A DNA stretch of 64,000 nt, from positions 36,270,001-36,334,000 of the forward strand of contig OX597833.1 in the NCBI GenBank assembly GCA_951406725.2, given 5' to 3'. This document shows, in pieces, positions 13,352 through 33,206 of this stretch. The position numbers and the translations under genes are program-made. How positions within the stretch are numbered: position 1 is the stretch's first letter; every line of letters begins with the position of its first letter. Origin of the DNA: Octopus vulgaris. Its lineage: Eukaryota. The notes beneath the pieces are model-generated. The model ran no database searches and was not told where the DNA came from. It worked only from the letters and a program-made list of their open reading frames with translations.

Positions 13352-13862
13352 TGTGGCTATGGCAGAAGAGGCTGTGTAATGGACTCGTCTGAAAGGTTTG
13401 AAAACATGTAGTTTGCTATCTGGCCAAACATCTCATAACTTTCTTCAAATATCATTTGAAGAGGAAAGCAAGGGTAGAGAAGGAGTAGCTGCATTCTAGT
13501 GTATTTCTCAAAAGATGTACGAGGGTGGTAAGATAGGTGAGACTGAATGGGTCTACTCAGAGCAGGGTTTTCCAGGTAGGAGGAAAGAAACTGGATGATG
13601 ACACTTCACGTGCTTTAGAAATGGCAGAGTAATCCGAGATTTTGAGTGGGGTTATCCAGAACTAAGTAGTCTACTCGATATTGGGGATTCTAATTTTTAA
13701 TTATTTATTTTTCTAATTTCTGTTTATATATTCTTTTGTTGTATCCTTTAATATCGTAGTGTCTCCCCTTGATCTATGTAAACTCCACTTGTTTTGTATG
13801 TTGAAATTTGTCCTTTGATATTGTCCTGCATGGATTAGGCCCTTGTGGCCAATAAAAGAAAT
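13352..13862 (+). mobile_element. Second Tx1-clade LINE subfamily, 5'-truncated 3' fragment
   Basis: Translates VAMAEEAV*WTRLKGL...FFKYHLKRKARVEKE, homologous to the ORF2 C-terminus at ~12380-12620 (VAIAKEVVR*TRLKGL). Ends GCCCTTGTGGCCAATAAAAGAAAT, like the 12845-12870 terminus. Confidence 0.75.
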
Positions 13863-14252
13863 CGTCATTTCGTCCGTCTTTACGTTCTGAGTTCAAATAC
13901 TGCCGGGATCGACTTTGCCTTTTATTCTTTCGGGTCGATAAAATAAGTACCTGTTGAGCACTGTGATCGACGTAATCGACTTACCCCTCCCCAAACATGC
14001 TGCCCTTATGCCAAAATTTGAAATCATTATTATCATTGTTTTTACTATTAAGGCGGTGAGATGGCAGAATCATTAACACGCCGGTCAAAATGAATAGTGG
14101 CATTTCATCCATCTTTAATATATGAGGTTGACTTTGCCTTTCATTCTTTCGGGGTCGATAAATTAAGTACCAATTAAGAAACACTGGGGTCGATGTAATC
14201 GACTAGGCCTCTCCCGCATTTCAGATCTTGTGCCTTTAGTAGAAAGGATTAC

Positions 14253-14299
<47 letters not shown>

Positions 14300-14609
14300 G
14301 TTCTATTAAGGCGGTGAGCTGGCAGAATCGTTAGCATGCCGGACAAAATGCTTAGTGGAATTTCATTCGTCTCTAATTAGCTTTTCATCTTTTCGAGGCC
14401 GATGAAATAAGTACCTGTTGCGCAATAGGGTCGATGTAATCGACTAACCATCTCCCTCCAAACCTCAGGCCTTATACTCTTCAGTAATAACACTTTACCT
14501 TTCATCCTTTCGGGGTCGATGAATTAAGTACCAGCGAAACATGGGGGTCGATGTAATCGACTAGTCCCCTCACCCCAAATTTCAGGCCTTGTGCCTAAAG
14601 TAAAAAGGA

Positions 14610-14703
<94 letters not shown>

Positions 14704-15160
14704 GGAAGGTGGTGAGCTGACAGAACAGTTAGCAAGCCGAGCAAAATGTTTAGCGAAATTTTTTTTTCCGTTTTCACGTTCTGAGTTCAAATTCTGCTAA
14801 GGTCAACTTTGCCTTTCATCCCTTTGGGGGCGATAAAATAAGTACCGGTTGAGTATCGGGATCGATGGAATACACTTACACCCTCTCCACGAAATAGCTG
14901 GTCTTGTGCCAAAATTTGAAACCAATATTACTAGCACTAAGGCGGTGAGCTGGAAGAGTCATTAGCACGACCGGCAAAATGTTTACCGGCATTTTGTCGT
15001 CCGCCTTTACGTTCTGAGTTCAAATTCCACCGAGGTTCACTTTGCCTTTCATCCTTTCGGAGTCGATAAAATAAGTACCAGTTGAGCACTGGGGTTGATG
15101 TAATTGATTTAACCCGTCATCCTGAAATTACTGGCCCTGAGCCAAAGTTTGAAACGTATA
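13863..15160 (+). mobile_element. Six head-to-tail SINE family B copies separated by (TTA)n tails or short T/A-rich linkers
   Basis: Copies start at ~13863, 14050, 14308, 14490, 14706 and 14939, all on the + strand. Confidence 0.85.
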
Positions 15161-15519
15161 TTACCTCTACTACCGCCAGTAATAACCAACGTTGCTGCTA
15201 CCGTTACTGCTATTATCCCCTCAAATGTTTCCCCTGCAACCAACATAAGTATTTGTAAGTGTTTGTAAGTGTTTGTAAGTGTTTATAAGTGTTTATAATC
15301 GGTCACCACTCTTAAAAGAGAGCCAGTATTACTTAAGCATCTCTAGTATACATATAGTATCTGCAGAAGTGTCGGGATAGTCAAAGATGAGGTCCCCCCA
15401 CCCCGCTCCACCTTCTGTAGGTCTCTGCTAGTTGATCGGATCCAAAACAGCAACAACACCCGACAAAACGCAACACGGCCATCGTTATCGTCTGACCGAT
15501 GATCAGAGATCCCTCCGCA

Positions 15520-15694
15520 ACCATCACCATCACCGCCACATTTCCACTACTGCTATACCATCACTCCCTCCGTCGTCACTTCCGCCGCCGCAACTACAAC
15601 GAACACTAACAAATCCCCACTATTAACACTATCACTACCACCATCACAACAACTGCTGCTGCTGCTGTTGTTGCTGCAGTTGCTGCCGCTGTTG

Positions 15695-15741
<47 letters not shown>

Positions 15742-15871
15742 GCTGCTACTGCTGCTGCTGCTGCTACTACTACTGCTGCTACTACTATTACTACTGCTAC
15801 TACTATTACTATTACTATTACTACCACTGCTGCTGCTACTACTACTACTACTACTACTACCACTGCTGCTG

Positions 15872-15920
<49 letters not shown>

Positions 15921-15931
15921 CACTGCTGCTG

Positions 15932-16002
<71 letters not shown>

Positions 16003-16050
16003 ACTACTACTACTACTAATACTACTAATACTAATACTAATACCACCTTC
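15520..16050. repeat. (CTA)n/(CTG)n compound trinucleotide tract
   Basis: Seen directly; source of the poly-L/S/V ORFs. Duplicated at ~22475-22995. Confidence 0.95.
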
Positions 16051-16303
16051 ACTACAATAAAAAACAAAAACAAAGCAATATATACCCCAGTAGCGACATC
16101 CATACAATATCTACCCAGCCAACCACCCTTATCTCTAATACACATTGCTTACTGTGCGTTCAACTTGTTCATATCCTCTTTTCATATGTTTATGTACCTA
16201 TGTATATATGAATATGCATATGTGTTTGTGTGTTTGTATGTGTATCTAATCTATCTGTAAATATGTATATGTACCTATGCATGTATATGTGTGTGTACGT
16301 ATG

Positions 16304-16359
<56 letters not shown>

Positions 16360-16446
16360 TATATATATATATATGTATATATATATGTATATATATATGT
16401 GTGTGTGTGTACATGCATACATATACTCTAACTCACTAACTAGCTG

Positions 16447-16505
<59 letters not shown>

Positions 16506-16884
16506 TTCTAATATCCTGCACATCGCGGAATAGTTTAAAGTGTAAGGCACACGTTTTAATAAGCGCAGAATTTTAGCCTATCAAATGGCCCTGTTTTGCA
16601 TAATATGCATGAACTGTTATGCAAATTAGATTGAACTGTATTACTGAGCCCTGGTTTGTGTATTCTGTTAAAAGCTATAAGCTATTAACAAAATCTCTCT
16701 AATGCACAAAGCATAAGCATGCTTTCTCTATTGCAGAATTTCTATCCAGAAATGAATTCAAAAACTGGTCAAATTGATCCCGCTATTTCGGCCCACGGAC
16801 AAACATGTATTGCCATTCAGTTCGATTTTGGCATCGAGGCTCAACAGACTCACACACGCACACAAAAAACATACATACACAAAG

Positions 16885-16916
<32 letters not shown>

Positions 16917-17021
16917 ACACACGCGCACACATTAATTTTACTTTTATTTGTTTCACTCATTTGACTGCGGCCGTGCTGGAGCACTGTATATATATATATG
17001 TGTGTGTGTATGTGTGTGTGT

Positions 17022-17084
<63 letters not shown>

Positions 17085-17111
17085 TGGGGGGTTGTTTGAA
17101 TTTGATTATAT

Positions 17112-17271
17112 AGACGCAGGTATGGCTGTGTGGTAAGAAGTTTGCTTCCCAACTACACGGTTACAGGTTCAGTCCCACTGAGTGAAACCTTGTGCAAGTG
17201 TTTTCTACAATAGCTGCGTGTTGACGTTAACCTTGAAAGTAGATTTATTACAAGGAAACTAAAAGAAGCCC
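17112..17271 (+). mobile_element. SINE family A, diverged 5' half
   Basis: AGACGCAGGTATGGCTGTGTGGTAAG...GGTTCAGTCCC...AAAGAAGCCC. Duplicate at ~24085-24244. Confidence 0.8.
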
Positions 17272-17272
17272 A

Positions 17273-17318
<46 letters not shown>

Positions 17319-17422
17319 ATATATATATATATATATATATGTATGTACGTACGTATGCATGAATTGTCATACATACATAAATTCATACATACGCATGAAC
17401 ACATTCATAATGTATATATATA

Positions 17423-17491
<69 letters not shown>

Positions 17492-17494
<3 letters not shown>

Positions 17495-17898
17495 CGCAGG
17501 AGTGGCTGTGTGGTAAGTAACTTGCTAACCAACCACATGGTTCCGGGTTCAGTCCTACTGCGTGGCATCTTGGGCAAGTGTCTTCTGCTATAGCCCCGGG
17601 CCGACCAATGCCTTGTGTGTGGATTTGGTAGACGGAAACTGAAAGAAGCCTGTCGTATATATGTATATATATATGTATGTGTGTGTGTTTGTGTGTCTCT
17701 GTTTGTCCCCCTAGCATTGCTTGACAACCGATGCTGGTGTGTTTACGTCCCCGTCACTTAGCGGTTCAGCAAAAGAGATCGATAGAATAAGTACTAGGCT
17801 TACAAAGAATAAGTCCTGGGGTCGATTTGCTCGACTAAAGGCAGTGCTCCAGCATGGCCGCAGTCAAATGACTGAAACAAGTAAAAGAGTAAAAGAGA
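17492..17898 (+). mobile_element. SINE family A, full-length
   Basis: Complete head, internal microsatellite and tail, flanked by (TA)n. Duplicate at 24482-24888. Confidence 0.9.
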
Positions 17899-17919
17899 GA
17901 GAGTATATATATATATAAT

Positions 17920-18248
17920 TATTAGTATTATTATTTTTACGTATTTTTGTACACTTATTCGTGTTATCATTATTGTTTTTACGTATTTTTGCATTTTTAT
18001 TTGTGTAACATCGTCCGGTTTTCCGTCCTTGTTTCGAGGCTTTCTTCCAAGGAATCTAATGCGCTTGGCTTAGATTTTCCTTTGGGGCTGGCCAGATCGG
18101 AGCAATCTCAAGATTAATCAGCCGAAATTGCGAGGATGATCCGGTTCTTGACTGAAGATTGAAGGCTTCGAATGTCCCGTCCGTGTTTTTAGTATCGTCT
18201 CTTAAATGTTTTACATTCTTGTCCCAGTTTGTATTTTTTTACAAATAC
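17920..18248 (+). mobile_element. Dispersed element family D
   Basis: Homologous to 5731-5830 and to revcomp of 56880-57264. Duplicate at 24910-25238. Confidence 0.75.
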
Positions 18249-18249
18249 T

Positions 18250-18307
<58 letters not shown>

Positions 18308-18552
18308 GTATATACGTATATATAGTTATGTGTATATACATGTCTGTGTCTGTGTGTTGGCATGTGTGTGTTAGGAGATGCAGATATATAGATATGTATA
18401 TATACATGTCTGTGTCTGTGTGTTGGCATGTGTGTGTTAGGAGATGCAGAATGTATGTATAACAAAACTTGAGAGTATATTCAAAGTTAAAGCCCGGGCT
18501 GGACCGGTCACGATTCTTCTTACACACTCTCTGTGCTTTAAAATCATTTCTT

Positions 18553-18609
<57 letters not shown>

Positions 18610-18614
<5 letters not shown>

Positions 18615-18800
18615 TTAAAAGCAGCAGAAATATAACAAAAGCAGTTACTCAGAGTTTAACCTTCTCGACGAACAGGAACGTGAAACTCTGAGTAACAGCA
18701 TTTGTTATATTTCTGCTGCTTTTAAATAAAGCATGTCACAAGTTCTGGTATTTGAGTACTCTTTTTTCCACCTTGTTTCACATTTGTGAGCTTACTCCGG
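18610..18800 (+). mobile_element. Fold-back element family E
   Basis: Same arms and tail as the 5471 copy. The right arm keeps TCGACGA-ACAGGAACGT-GAAACTCTGAGTAACAG. Duplicate at 25607-25799. Confidence 0.8.
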
Positions 18801-19065
18801 TATACATACATACATACATACATACATACACACAGATAGATAGATAGATAGATTATATATATGTACTGTATATATGTATATGCTTATATATATACACACA
18901 CATATTCATACATATATATATATAGATGTATATATATATATACATGTTCATATATACATATATATATAATATTCATCTATATACTTTTAAAACTGTTTGT
19001 GTTCGTGTGTGTATTTATATATATCTTCGTATATGTGTGTTTATATATGTGTATGTGTGTATATT

Positions 19066-19220
<155 letters not shown>

Positions 19221-20026
19221 TGATATAGATCCTGTTGAATTAGATACTTAAGCTGAAGCACCAAATCTGTCCATTATTTTCCGATTATATATATATATAT
19301 ATATACACAAATATGTATGTATGTATTTATATGTACATCTATATATATTATTATATACCGATGTATATAATAATATATGTATATATATATCTATAAACGT
19401 ATAAACATACATATATGCATGTATATGCGTATGTATTTTTTCCTTCTATGTGCTTTTGTGGGTGTGTACGTAGGTGTGTGTGGCTGTCTGTGTGCCAGTG
19501 CTTGCGCGCGTGCGCGCGTGAGTGAGTATGTGTTGTCCGAATCAGGACCTTGAAAGAGGTATGTATCGGCATACGTCCATGTAAACACGGAAGGGCACGC
19601 ATACACACACACACACGCACACATACATACACACATACACACAAACACATATGTACAGGTAAATCTCAGCTTGTTTGAATCGTGGAAACAAGTCAATGAA
19701 ACGATACAGAAAACTTTTGTTCCCCTTTATATACACACAGCTATTATACATGAGCGCATTTTATACACATACCATACGAACAGATTGACACTTCTACGCA
19801 TCGAGTTTATACATATACATACACACATATTTATACATACATACATATATACATACATACATATTTATACATATATACATACATATTTATATATATATAT
19901 ATCAATATGTGTGTGTGCACTTATGTATATGTGTGTGTGCGTATATATATATATTTCCTGAGCGCCTATTAATAATAATACTGTAATTGTTCCATTGTTG
20001 TTGTTTTTTTGTTTCCCGTTTGGATT

Positions 20027-20075
<49 letters not shown>

Positions 20076-20178
20076 CATACAAATATTCTTGATTATAAGA
20101 CTGAGCCTAACTATTTATCGATTTGTCTATTTATCTTTGTATTTATGTAGACATAGATAGATAGATAGATAGACAGAC

Positions 20179-20314
<136 letters not shown>

Positions 20315-20845
20315 GCGATCGGTCAATGAACCTTGCGATGCTAGTCTTCTATAGACGATTCTACTTATAAAGTGGCTGAATGAAGCAGAGAAATTTAATG
20401 CTAGTCTTACCTTCATCAGCCCGCTTGCATGTCGCAACAAAGATACTTTGGACCAAAAGAACTGGCAATCCCAGAGTCAAGTGCTGTGAGTGATCCGGCG
20501 ATTATTATGAACAATAACGCTTCACTTCAAATATTATGTGGTATGTGCAGTCGAATGACCGTGTAAATTCTGAGAACTTTCAGAACAAGGGATCAAGAAA
20601 CTATGATGGGTGTATGGAGGACATTTGTCCTAAATTGTTTGGACTACTGCTCCCAACTGTATTCACCCCTATAGTGTCAGAATAATAGCGGAATTTGAGG
20701 TAGTTTACCGGAGCTACACCAGGAAGATTGCATCAATACAAAAGCTGAGCTACTGGGAGTGATTGCAAGAGTCACGATTCTATTCTCTGGAATGATTCTC
20801 TTCTGTGGAACATATATACAGTGATATATATATATATATATATAT

Positions 20846-21019
20846 ACTTTATTTAAAGCAGCAGAAAATTCAACAAAACCTGTTACTCTGAGTTTCCCGG
20901 GAAACTCAGAGTAACAGGTTTTGTTGAATTTTCTGCTGCTTTAAATAAAGCATATTACTCTACCACTGGTATTTGAGTACTCTTTTTTCCACCTTGTTTC
21001 ACATTTACGTGTTTACTCC

Positions 21020-21021
<2 letters not shown>
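20846..21021 (+). mobile_element. Fold-back element family E with a perfect 104-bp palindrome (20847-20950)
   Basis: 52-bp arms paired base by base with no spacer (centre TTTCCC|GGGAAA). Duplicate at 27834-28009. Confidence 0.85.
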
Positions 21022-21063
<42 letters not shown>

Positions 21064-21068
<5 letters not shown>

Positions 21069-21425
21069 CGTCTGTCTTTATGTTCTGAGTTCAAATTCGG
21101 CCGAGGTCGACTTTGTCTTTCATCCTTTCGGGGTCAATTAAATATGTACCGGCACTGGTGTCGATATAATCGATTTAATCCGTTTGTCTGTCCTTGCTTG
21201 TCCCCTCTGTGTGCAGCCCCTTGTGGGCAGTAAAGAAATAAGAAACGTTAGCACGCCGGTATTTCGTCTGTCTTTACCTTCTGAGTTCAAATTCCGCCGA
21301 GGTCGTCTTTGCTTTCATCGTTTCCGGGTCGATAAATTATGTACCAGTTGCGTACTGTGGTCGATCTAATCGACTGGACCCCACCCCCAAAATTTCGAGC
21401 CTTGTGCCTAGAGTAGAAAAGGATA
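21064..21425 (+). mobile_element. Two tandem SINE family B copies (the first with a Tx1-like tail)
   Basis: 21064-21242 ends GCCCCTTGTGGGCAGTAAAGAAATAAG; 21243-21425 ends CCTTGTGCCTAGAGTAGAAAAGG. Duplicated at ~28053-28412. Confidence 0.85.
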
Positions 21426-21461
21426 TATGTATGGAATATCCTAGAGAGGTTGACACCAAAC

Positions 21462-21561
21462 NNNNNNNNNNNNNNNNNNNNNNNNNNNNNNNNNNNNNNN
21501 NNNNNNNNNNNNNNNNNNNNNNNNNNNNNNNNNNNNNNNNNNNNNNNNNNNNNNNNNNNNN
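21462..21561. other. Assembly gap (100 N)
   Basis: Run of 100 n, a conventional placeholder for a gap of unknown size. Confidence 0.99.
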
Positions 21562-28449
<6,888 letters not shown>

Positions 28450-28846
28450 TTTGACATACCAGCACCTGAACTGCTGGTCACTGCATTGTTCCAAATGTCC
28501 CACCCATCCCGTCAAGTGTGATGACCATGTACTGCAATAGATTGGGATTCAAATGTCCACAGCTATTTAATATCTTGGCAAAACATCTGAAAAATCTACA
28601 TGGAGTAAGGGTAAATGTTATTAACAAAAAAAAAAACTTGACCTTCTGCTGTCCAAGCCCCAAGATTACATCAGGGCAAGAATCTAAAAAAATGGATAGC
28701 AATTTCGAATAACCACCTTCACCAAAATGCAATCACAATAAAATGGTCATTGAAAAAGTGATAATACTGGCGGTATCACACCACAACATTTGGGTAGAAA
28801 TGCCTATATATACATATATATGGGTGTGTATGTGTGTGTGGGGTGC

Positions 28847-28893
<47 letters not shown>

Positions 28894-28947
28894 TATATAC
28901 ACATATATATATGTATGTATTTATGCCTATGTGCATATATATATATA

Positions 28948-29014
<67 letters not shown>

Positions 29015-29888
29015 GTATGTATATATCTATATCTAGATATATCTATATATCTATATATATAACTATATATCTTTTTTCCCGTACCTTTCTATCAACGTAA
29101 CTATCTTAGAAACTAACTAACTTCAACTTTTGTATTTTTATAAGCTTTTGACTTTAGTTTTCTTAGTTTGTAATTTTCAGTTTTGATTTTCAATTTTAGG
29201 TTTAATTCTTAATCCATTATCTCATATCATTTAATAGCTATGAAGCTTCAAATAACAATTTTAAAAATCTGCAGTAAACTATTGAGCTTATAACCTTACC
29301 CAGATTGGCCTTCCACCCCAAATCTACCGAAACATTGACGCTTAACCCCTAACTCCCATACAATATTGACATATCTAAATCGTTACCTTTACTTTCCTTT
29401 ATTTATTTTTTATCTTATTATTCTTTACCTCTATCTCATTTTATTTTTATTCCCTTTCTCCTCTCCCGTACATACCCACTCACAAAATCCATTTACGATA
29501 CTTCTGTCATTACCTCATCTTTTATTTTCATTATTATTTTTTTATTTTAAATTTCATTATTTTTATTTTTATTTTATTCTTATTTTCCCTTTTGTCACTA
29601 TCTTATTTTCTAATCCTTTCTCTCTTATCTTTCCCCCTCTCCCCTCCCTCTCTCTCTCTCTCTCTCTCTCTTCCATACACCCACTCACAAAACCCATTCA
29701 TGTCCATCATACTTTCTCGCTCTATATACATATTTACAATATAAATACATCATTCACAACACTGCCAAAATGTCGTCTGGATTTACATCGGATTTTAACT
29801 AAAAACCTGTACCTTCATGGAAATACCGACCGACTTTCATATCCTCTGGAAAAAGAGGAGTTGCGAAGAGTACTCTCCTGCCTATATT

Positions 29889-29967
<79 letters not shown>

Positions 29968-29968
29968 G

Positions 29969-30193
29969 TCTTTATTACCCACAAGGGGCTAAACATAGAG
30001 AGGACAAACAAGGACAGACAAACGGATTAAGTAGATTACATCGACCCCCAGTGCGTAACTGGTACTTAATTTATCGACCCCGAAAGGATGAAAGGCAAAG
30101 TCGACCTTGGCGGAATTTGAACTCGGGGCGTAACGACAGACGAAATACGGTTACGCATTTCGCCCGGCGTGCTAACGTTTCTGCCAGCTCGCC
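29969..30193 (-). mobile_element. SINE family B, full-length, Tx1-like tail
   Basis: Revcomp reads GGCGAGCTGGCAGAAACGTTAGCACGCCGGGCG...GCCCCTTGTGGGTAATAAAGA. Confidence 0.9.
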
Positions 30194-30522
<329 letters not shown>

Positions 30523-30524
30523 TG

Positions 30525-31232
30525 TTAACCATGTGACAAGGAGCCCCCATCTTCTATAAATAAAGAGTCTTCTTTAATCATTTCAGCATTGGAGAAGACT
30601 GGAAAGAGACCTTTCTGCAATATGGACACATATTTATCTGAGTTTATGATTCCATTACAATCCACTAACTCTGATTGACCAATACACAAAATTATTCCCC
30701 AGACCATCACAGAATAGCTACCTAGTTTCATTGTTGGCAGCAATTTTTTCGTGTTAAATTCTTGATCACAGAGTCTCCAGACCCACACATGACCACTGTC
30801 AGAAAATACACAAATATGACAGTTTCTCAAAATGCTAGCGGCATCATTTCACTGGTCCAATCTTTTCCCCACTTGATATTGATTGGTTGAAGAAGTAGCT
30901 TCCTTGTTGCTACTCTGCCATAGTAGCCAAGTTTGTGGAGACAACAAACAGCTGTCCTGGGGCTGACATCAACTTGTTTCGCTATGTCAGGGGTCTTGCA
31001 ATAAGGATTATCCTCCACACTTCACTAAACAAAGCAGATGGTCCTGGTCGACCTGGGCAAGGTTATGTAGACTCCTTCCCCTCCCTGATGAATTGCACAA
31101 TCACCCGATTAACTGTAGAAAGCGGAATCCCAAGGTTTTCTGCCATTTTACGCTAAGTCCACCTTCAGATCGACCCACAATACGGCCTCTTTGAAATTTG
31201 AACTGTTACAAGGATTCTTTTGTACGTCCCAT
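30525..31232 (-). pseudogene. Tc1-family transposase remnant
   Basis: Starts MGRTKE; contains GRPG, an HTH region (PDIAKQVDVSPRT), RK.LL, FSD, SVMVWG, INSDKYVSIL and EDG(APC)H. Frameshifted and 3'-truncated. Confidence 0.85.
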
Positions 31233-31254
31233 GATTAAACAGTCACATATATAT

Positions 31255-31740
31255 CCTCCGTTGAAATTAAATGCATTGATCCGTACTTATTCCCACTTTG
31301 TGAGCAATTTCCTGGATTGTTGCACGACGGTTTTCCATATCTATTCGTCGTACCTTCTCAATTAGCTCTTCCTTTCAGTTTGTAGATGGCCTGCCAGAGC
31401 GTGCTTCGCTCTGCACTGAGGTGCGGCTATGTTTCAAGAGTTTGTACCACTCATTGAATTAAGTTTTGCTTTTGGCATCATTGCCAGAGACCTGCTGAAT
31501 CTTCTGGGTGGTTTGAGCTTGAGTATCACCAAACTTTCGGCAAAACTTGATGCAGTATCTCCCTTAGTCAAATTCGGTGAAATCAAAACTCAGGCGACGC
31601 GTACTAAACGTCTATACTCTAAACGTAACTACCAGCGCAGAAATTTTCGCGCATGCGCAAAAAAGAATGATGTCACTTCCCCTTCAAAGGATTTCGCCTA
31701 CTCGGCATTAGATTTGGCGGGAAAAAATAAACACATTTCG
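31255..31740 (-). mobile_element. mariner-family 5' fragment (N-terminal HTH domains)
   Basis: Minus strand translates CIKFCRKFGDTQAQTTQKIQQV...EWYK...RSGRPST...EKVRRIDMENRRATIQEIAHKVGIST, typical of a Mos1-like N-terminus. Confidence 0.8.
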
Positions 31741-31743
31741 TTT

Positions 31744-31807
<64 letters not shown>

Positions 31808-31915
31808 GTATGTATGTATGTATATAGGTAGGTAGGTAGGTAGGTAGCTAGGTAGGTAGGTTGATAGGTAGGTAGCTGGGTAGATAGATAGATAGCGGCA
31901 GAAAGAGAGAGAGAG

Positions 31916-31953
<38 letters not shown>

Positions 31954-32220
31954 TGCGTGTGTATGCGTAGGGGAAGAAGAGAGAGATAGGGATGTTAACA
32001 GCTAAAGGAGACATGTGGTGGCCGTAAGTGTCATGCCCGAAACTACCGGCCTTTGAGCCAGCGATACAGCTTTACACTTAATAATTACGCATATATGATA
32101 CCTGCTCTCTCTATTGACTTCTATTTGTACCGCTGGCCCTATAAATACATTATGTAAGGTATATTTATATACATACATACATACATACATACATACATAC
32201 ATACATACATACATACATAC

Positions 32221-32670
32221 ATAAGATCAGTGAAAAAGAGAGCACCTATGCTGAACTATTGATAAATCTACAATTACACTATCCAGGTTACAAGTTCAGG
32301 TTTATACCTGTAATTATTTGGGCCCTTAGATATGTAACGAACTGCCTAAATGCCAATCTTGAGAAATTAGACTTCACAAAACCAGAAGGGAAAAAGCTAA
32401 TTCTAAGACTACAGATCCAATCCATCACTGGAACTATAAAAATCTGTAAAACTTTCCAGAATTTTATCATTTATATATATATGACCATGTCTAGATATGT
32501 AACTATATGCATGATAATACATATATAAAACATACAAATCTGCACATACATACATACATACATACATACATACATACATACATACATACAAACAAAAAAT
32601 GCCCTAGGTTAGAAACCGGTTCTTCCCCTATTGGTAAGAAATCTTGAAATAAACTGAATAATGACATACA
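32221..32670 (+). mobile_element. R4/Dong-type non-LTR retrotransposon 3' fragment (RLE domain end plus 3' UTR)
   Basis: KISEKESTYAELLINLQLHYPGYKFRFIPVIIWALRYVTNCL...LQIQSITGTIKICKTF fits the K..KY..L...PVIIGALG pattern of RLE C-termini. Flanked by (TACA)n. Confidence 0.7.
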
Positions 32671-32678
32671 TACATATA

Positions 32679-33169
32679 CAGTGTGGTGTAAATATAGGCG
32701 AACAATTGTATATTTTTATTTTTACAGGACAATGAAGCATAATGTGATATTCCAACAGGATGAGGCACCACCGCCTTATGCAATTCGTGTGCGCAATTTC
32801 CTCAGTGAAACATTCCCTGGGAGATGGATTGGGCGACGTGGGAGTATTGAATGGCCGCTCCTTTCCCCAGACCTAACGCCTATGGATGTTTTTTTTCTGG
32901 GGTGTTGTGAAAGAGAAGGTATTCCAAAGAAAACCATGCATTCTGCCCCAGCTATGTGGGTTCAGTACAGAGGCCTACCTGGAAATCAATACTGACCTGA
33001 ACCTGGGTCGTTGTGCGTGTCGCAGTGTTGGTTGATATAATCCAAGAATGGGTCAATGTTCGGAGCGGAGATTTTGATCATTTACGAGACTAATATTGTA
33101 CAATGGCTTTTAAATAAAAAGATAAAATATACAACTATACAGCTGTAAGCCTACTTTTGCACCGCCCTG
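32679..33169 (+). mobile_element. Internally deleted Tc1/mariner element with imperfect TIRs and TA target site duplication
   Basis: TA|CAGTGTGGTGTAAATATAGGCGAACA ... TGTAAGCCTACTTTTGCACCGCCCTG|TA. Encodes FQQDEAPP...FPGRWIGRRGSIEWPLLSPDLTPMD. Confidence 0.85.
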
Positions 33170-33206
33170 TATGTATATAAGTATGTATATATATATATAT
33201 ATATAT

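Noticed and set aside
17492-17570. tRNA-like sequences at SINE heads (also ~63135-63210 and SINE B heads)
   Set aside because: A and B boxes are present, but there is no intact cloverleaf and each runs on into a SINE body. They are SINE promoters, not tRNA genes.
29100-29890. AT-rich segment suspected to be a Penelope-like remnant, including the 208-aa F/L/I-rich ORF
   Set aside because: The ORF reflects pyrimidine-rich low complexity, and I could not identify a ribozyme core or protein motif.
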